64,000 bases of DNA, taken from the IMG/VR virus record IMGVR_UViG_3300045988_103846. One strand, given 5' to 3'. Below the pieces are notes generated by a model. The model searched no databases. It was not told the DNA's origin and worked only from the letters and a program-made list of their open reading frames with translations. Source of the stretch: a virus. Shown in pieces: positions 62,202 to 64,000 of this stretch. Both the position numbers and the translations under genes were made by a program. Numbering within the stretch: the first letter of the stretch is position 1; every line of letters starts with the position of its first letter.

Positions 62202-63269
62202 TTATTTCTTTCTCTTTTTAGAAAGGGTTTGGGAAAACCTTTTTCTCTTTCTTTTTTCTTTCTTTCTCTTGTCTAAGGCTGATCTCAAGCAGCTTCTCAA
62301 CCAAAGCCCGATCTCATATACAGCTCCCTTTGAGAGAGCATTTCTCCCCTTGTTCAGCCAATAGGTGGGATTAGACTCATCAAACCAGACCTTGAACCTC
62401 TTAGGGAATCCCATTATGACTCTGAACTCCTCAAGACCCATAGGCCACCCCTCTGGGTTGAACTGCCTATTTGAAGGTCTAAGAGTGAGAGGGGGAGCCC
62501 AGTTCCTGTTTCTGTATACTCCGGGGAGGGTTTTCATCTTCTGGGTTCTCATTGGCCACTTAAACTCTTGCTTGAACTTCCCATTCCATAGCTCATGTAC
62601 TTCATCTACAGTCAAAGTAGTTCTATTTGGGTCCCAATACTTGTACATTGACAGCTTTCTATCCCCCGTTTCTCGGTAGTTTAGCTCGGGTCTAATCATC
62701 CCAGAGATGTCACAGGTAAGGAATCTTTCACGCCTCCCAGAGAAAATTCTAGAGAAATATTTTTCAAATTCAGTGGAATCAGCTCGTATTCCCACTAATA
62801 GAAGCCTCTTTCTCGAAGTTTGGGAATTACCAAATGCCGAAACTGAATGGGAATGGACTATAAACTTGTACCCAGGCAAATTTGCTTCCCACTCGGGCAG
62901 TGGAATTAGGTCTAAGAGCTTCGGAAGATTCTCCATGACAAAGATTCTGGGTGTAAATTTTTTGACACATGACAGGAAAAGGTTCAAACATACGTCTTCA
63001 CGGGGTTTCCCAAGGGTCTTTTTTCTCGAGTAAGAGAAAACAGAGCTGTGACCACAGGAGGGAGACCCCACAATCATGTCTGGGCTATCAATTTTCAGAG
63101 CATCAAGACTTTTTACAAACGGTACTTCCCCGAAATTCAGTCTCCACTGCTCTTCGTTTGGGGTATGAAACACCCCTCGAGGCTCGATGTTACCGATCAG
63201 CCATCTTCTCAACGGGTACAGAAGAGCTCCTTGAGCTCCACAGACACCCAAAATCTTCCAGTTTTGCAT
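62202..63269 (-). CDS. DNA (cytosine-5)-methyltransferase-like protein with a K/R-rich tail
   Basis: Motif I-like ILGVCGAQGAL, motif IV-like VGSPSCGHSS (cf. GPPCQ), motif VI-like FVMENLPKL (cf. ENV), motif VIII-like GNSQTSRKRLLLVG (cf. QxRxR). ATG at 63269 (MQNWK); the track start at 63350 is a TTG. Confidence 0.6.
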   Translation of the reverse strand: MQNWKILGVCGAQGALLYPLRRWLIGNIEPRGVFHTPNEEQWRLNFGEVPFVKSLDALKIDSPDMIVGSPSCGHSSVFSYSRKKTLGKPREDVCLNLFLSCVKKFTPRIFVMENLPKLLDLIPLPEWEANLPGYKFIVHSHSVSAFGNSQTSRKRLLLVGIRADSTEFEKYFSRIFSGRRERFLTCDISGMIRPELNYRETGDRKLSMYKYWDPNRTTLTVDEVHELWNGKFKQEFKWPMRTQKMKTLPGVYRNRNWAPPLTLRPSNRQFNPEGWPMGLEEFRVIMGFPKRFKVWFDESNPTYWLNKGRNALSKGAVYEIGLWLRSCLRSALDKRKKEKRKRKRFSQTLSKKRKK

Positions 63270-63299
63270 TGTTTCAAAAGAATTGAGTATATGAGGTAC

Positions 63300-63312
63300 A
63301 AAACTGGTCTTG
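63300..63312 (-). promoter_or_regulatory. copy 3 of the conserved 13-mer CAAGACCAGTTTT
   Basis: Ends 30 nt upstream of the methyltransferase ATG at 63269. Confidence 0.5.
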
Positions 63313-63322
63313 CGAGGAGCTA

Positions 63323-63356
63323 TTTCAATGCAAATAATCAAAATTTTCAATGCAAA
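63323..63356. repeat. tandem direct repeat TTTCAATGCAAAT x2 in the divergent control region
   Basis: Copies at 63323-63335 and 63344-63356, spaced 21 nt. The minus strand reads ATTTGCATTGAAA, related to the ATTTGCAWTG core of the 19-mer promoters. Confidence 0.6.
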
Positions 63357-63688
63357 TGAATCAAAACAGATTGAAAGTAGGGGATCCAGTGCTCATAACA
63401 GGGTCCTTTCACTATGACAAAGCTCTGGTGGAGAAGGTAGAAAAGGGGGTTGTATACCTCAACAACGGGATGAAGATAGATCATAACTATCAGAATCTCC
63501 AGAGATCTGAGTGCACCGCTCAGCCTTGGGATGAAGCAGAGTGGGAATACCAGAGGGCTATGCACTCTTATAAGAGCAATCTCACTATCATTCGGGACAA
63601 TTTCCCTGCTCTGGAGAAGCCCTATGCTATCGGGATCAACCAGAAGCTCGAGAAGATAATCAATAAGTATGGCTTCAAACACATGTAA
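63350..63688 (+). CDS. hypothetical early protein
   Basis: 112-aa ORF with ATG start. It is first in a plus-strand run whose genes are spaced 2 nt apart or overlap by 1 nt, so it is preferred over the antisense ORF 63347-63682. Confidence 0.55.
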   Translation: MQMNQNRLKVGDPVLITGSFHYDKALVEKVEKGVVYLNNGMKIDHNYQNLQRSECTAQPWDEAEWEYQRAMHSYKSNLTIIRDNFPALEKPYAIGINQKLEKIINKYGFKHM

Positions 63689-63690
63689 TC

Positions 63691-63900
63691 ATGAAACTAG
63701 CTTTTTGGATCATCCTTGTAGTGCTCTATGGTATAGGCACTGTCACTGTTAAATGGCTTGACACTATTCTGCCTGATCAATATGTCAACAATAAGGTTCA
63801 CTACCCAGTGCTTCTCACTATGTGGATCATATCACCGCTTCTGGTGATCTGGTTTGCTTTCAAATTTATCTCTAGCCTCATCTTCAAAAAACGCAGATAA
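63691..63900 (+). CDS. small membrane protein
   Basis: 69 aa, with two hydrophobic helices (LAFWIILVVLYGIGTV, VLLTMWIISPLLVIWFAF). Confidence 0.55.
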   Translation: MKLAFWIILVVLYGIGTVTVKWLDTILPDQYVNNKVHYPVLLTMWIISPLLVIWFAFKFISSLIFKKRR

Positions 63901-64000
63901 TGGGATTCATAGACTCGTGCAAAGGGGTGTTCCTCTCTTCTTTTCAAATATGTAAGCTCAAGAAGTTCAACCGAAACTACAGGAGATATGAGATCTTGGA
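63900..64000 (+). CDS. hypothetical protein, partial (continues beyond the right edge)
   Basis: The ATG overlaps the preceding TAA (TAATG). MGFIDSCKGVFLSSFQICKLKKFNRNYRRYEIL... stays open to the window end. Confidence 0.4.
   Translation, partial: MGFIDSCKGVFLSSFQICKLKKFNRNYRRYEIL

Noticed and set aside
62202-63350. N-terminal extensions implied by the track starts at 63350, 59879, 53461, 25207, 18331, 14225, 2281 and 26699, and long extensions at 23897, 20338, 42687, 41378, 7139 and 17339.
   Set aside because: The first group starts at TTG or GTG codons. In each case an ATG a few codons downstream abuts or minimally overlaps the upstream stop. The long extensions would overlap the preceding gene or a terminator. 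Shorter ATG starts were used instead.
63347-63682. 111-aa minus-strand ORF mirroring the plus-strand ORF 63350-63688.
   Set aside because: The plus-strand ORF starts with an ATG at the divergent region and is followed by plus-strand genes spaced 2 nt apart and then overlapping by 1 nt (TAATG). The minus ORF would collide with the methyltransferase promoter region.
1-64000. CRISPR arrays, integrase/excisionase, transposases, rRNA genes, toxin-antitoxin pairs, and stop-codon reassignment.
   Set aside because: No regularly spaced repeat array was seen and no recombinase or transposase motifs were recognised. Long uninterrupted ORFs under the standard code argue against recoding of TAG or TGA.

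Overview
This window is a 64-kb, almost gap-free segment of a contractile-tailed (myovirus-type) dsDNA phage genome. It holds about 75 protein genes, all but four on the minus strand, plus one tRNA-like gene. Reading the minus strand from right to left, the order is: (1) a divergent early control region (63270-63349) and a cytosine-5 DNA methyltransferase; (2) an array of four back-to-back hairpins; (3) packaging and head genes (TerL, portal, protease/scaffold, decoration-like, major capsid); (4) head-tail genes including a PKD-domain protein; (5) sheath, tube, a -1 frameshifted tail chaperone and the tape measure; (6) a Mu/P2-like baseplate (LysM, hub, spike, gp25/W, J, I); (7) tail fibres; (8) two paralogous BACON/Ig-repeat surface proteins; (9) an insulated, strongly codon-biased gene; (10) a lysis cassette; (11) one plus-strand ECF-sigma-like gene; (12) DnaB-like helicase, primase and SF2 helicase; (13) a 460-bp non-coding island full of inverted repeats; (14) a nucleotide-metabolism cluster (MazG, trimeric dUTPase, dimeric dUTPase-like NTPase, three ThyA/dCMP-hydroxymethylase-fold paralogs); (15) a tRNA-like gene; (16) family-A DNA polymerase, GroES-like, gp32-like SSB, RecA/UvsX-like, FEN, dNMP-kinase-like, Mre11/Rad50-like and a resolvase-like nuclease; (17) NusG-like and HTH regulators. 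The absence of Shine-Dalgarno sequences, the TAnnTTTG promoter boxes and the BACON-like modules point to a Bacteroidota host. No integrase, CRISPR array, rRNA, transposase or reverse transcriptase was seen. The most interesting items are the candidate pre-replicative pyrimidine hypermodification cluster, a twice-repeated 'split BACON' gene junction, the hairpin array in front of the late block together with a phage NusG paralog, the non-coding island, and a tRNA with an aberrant anticodon arm. All functional calls rest on motif recognition and synteny by eye; no database search or folding program was available.
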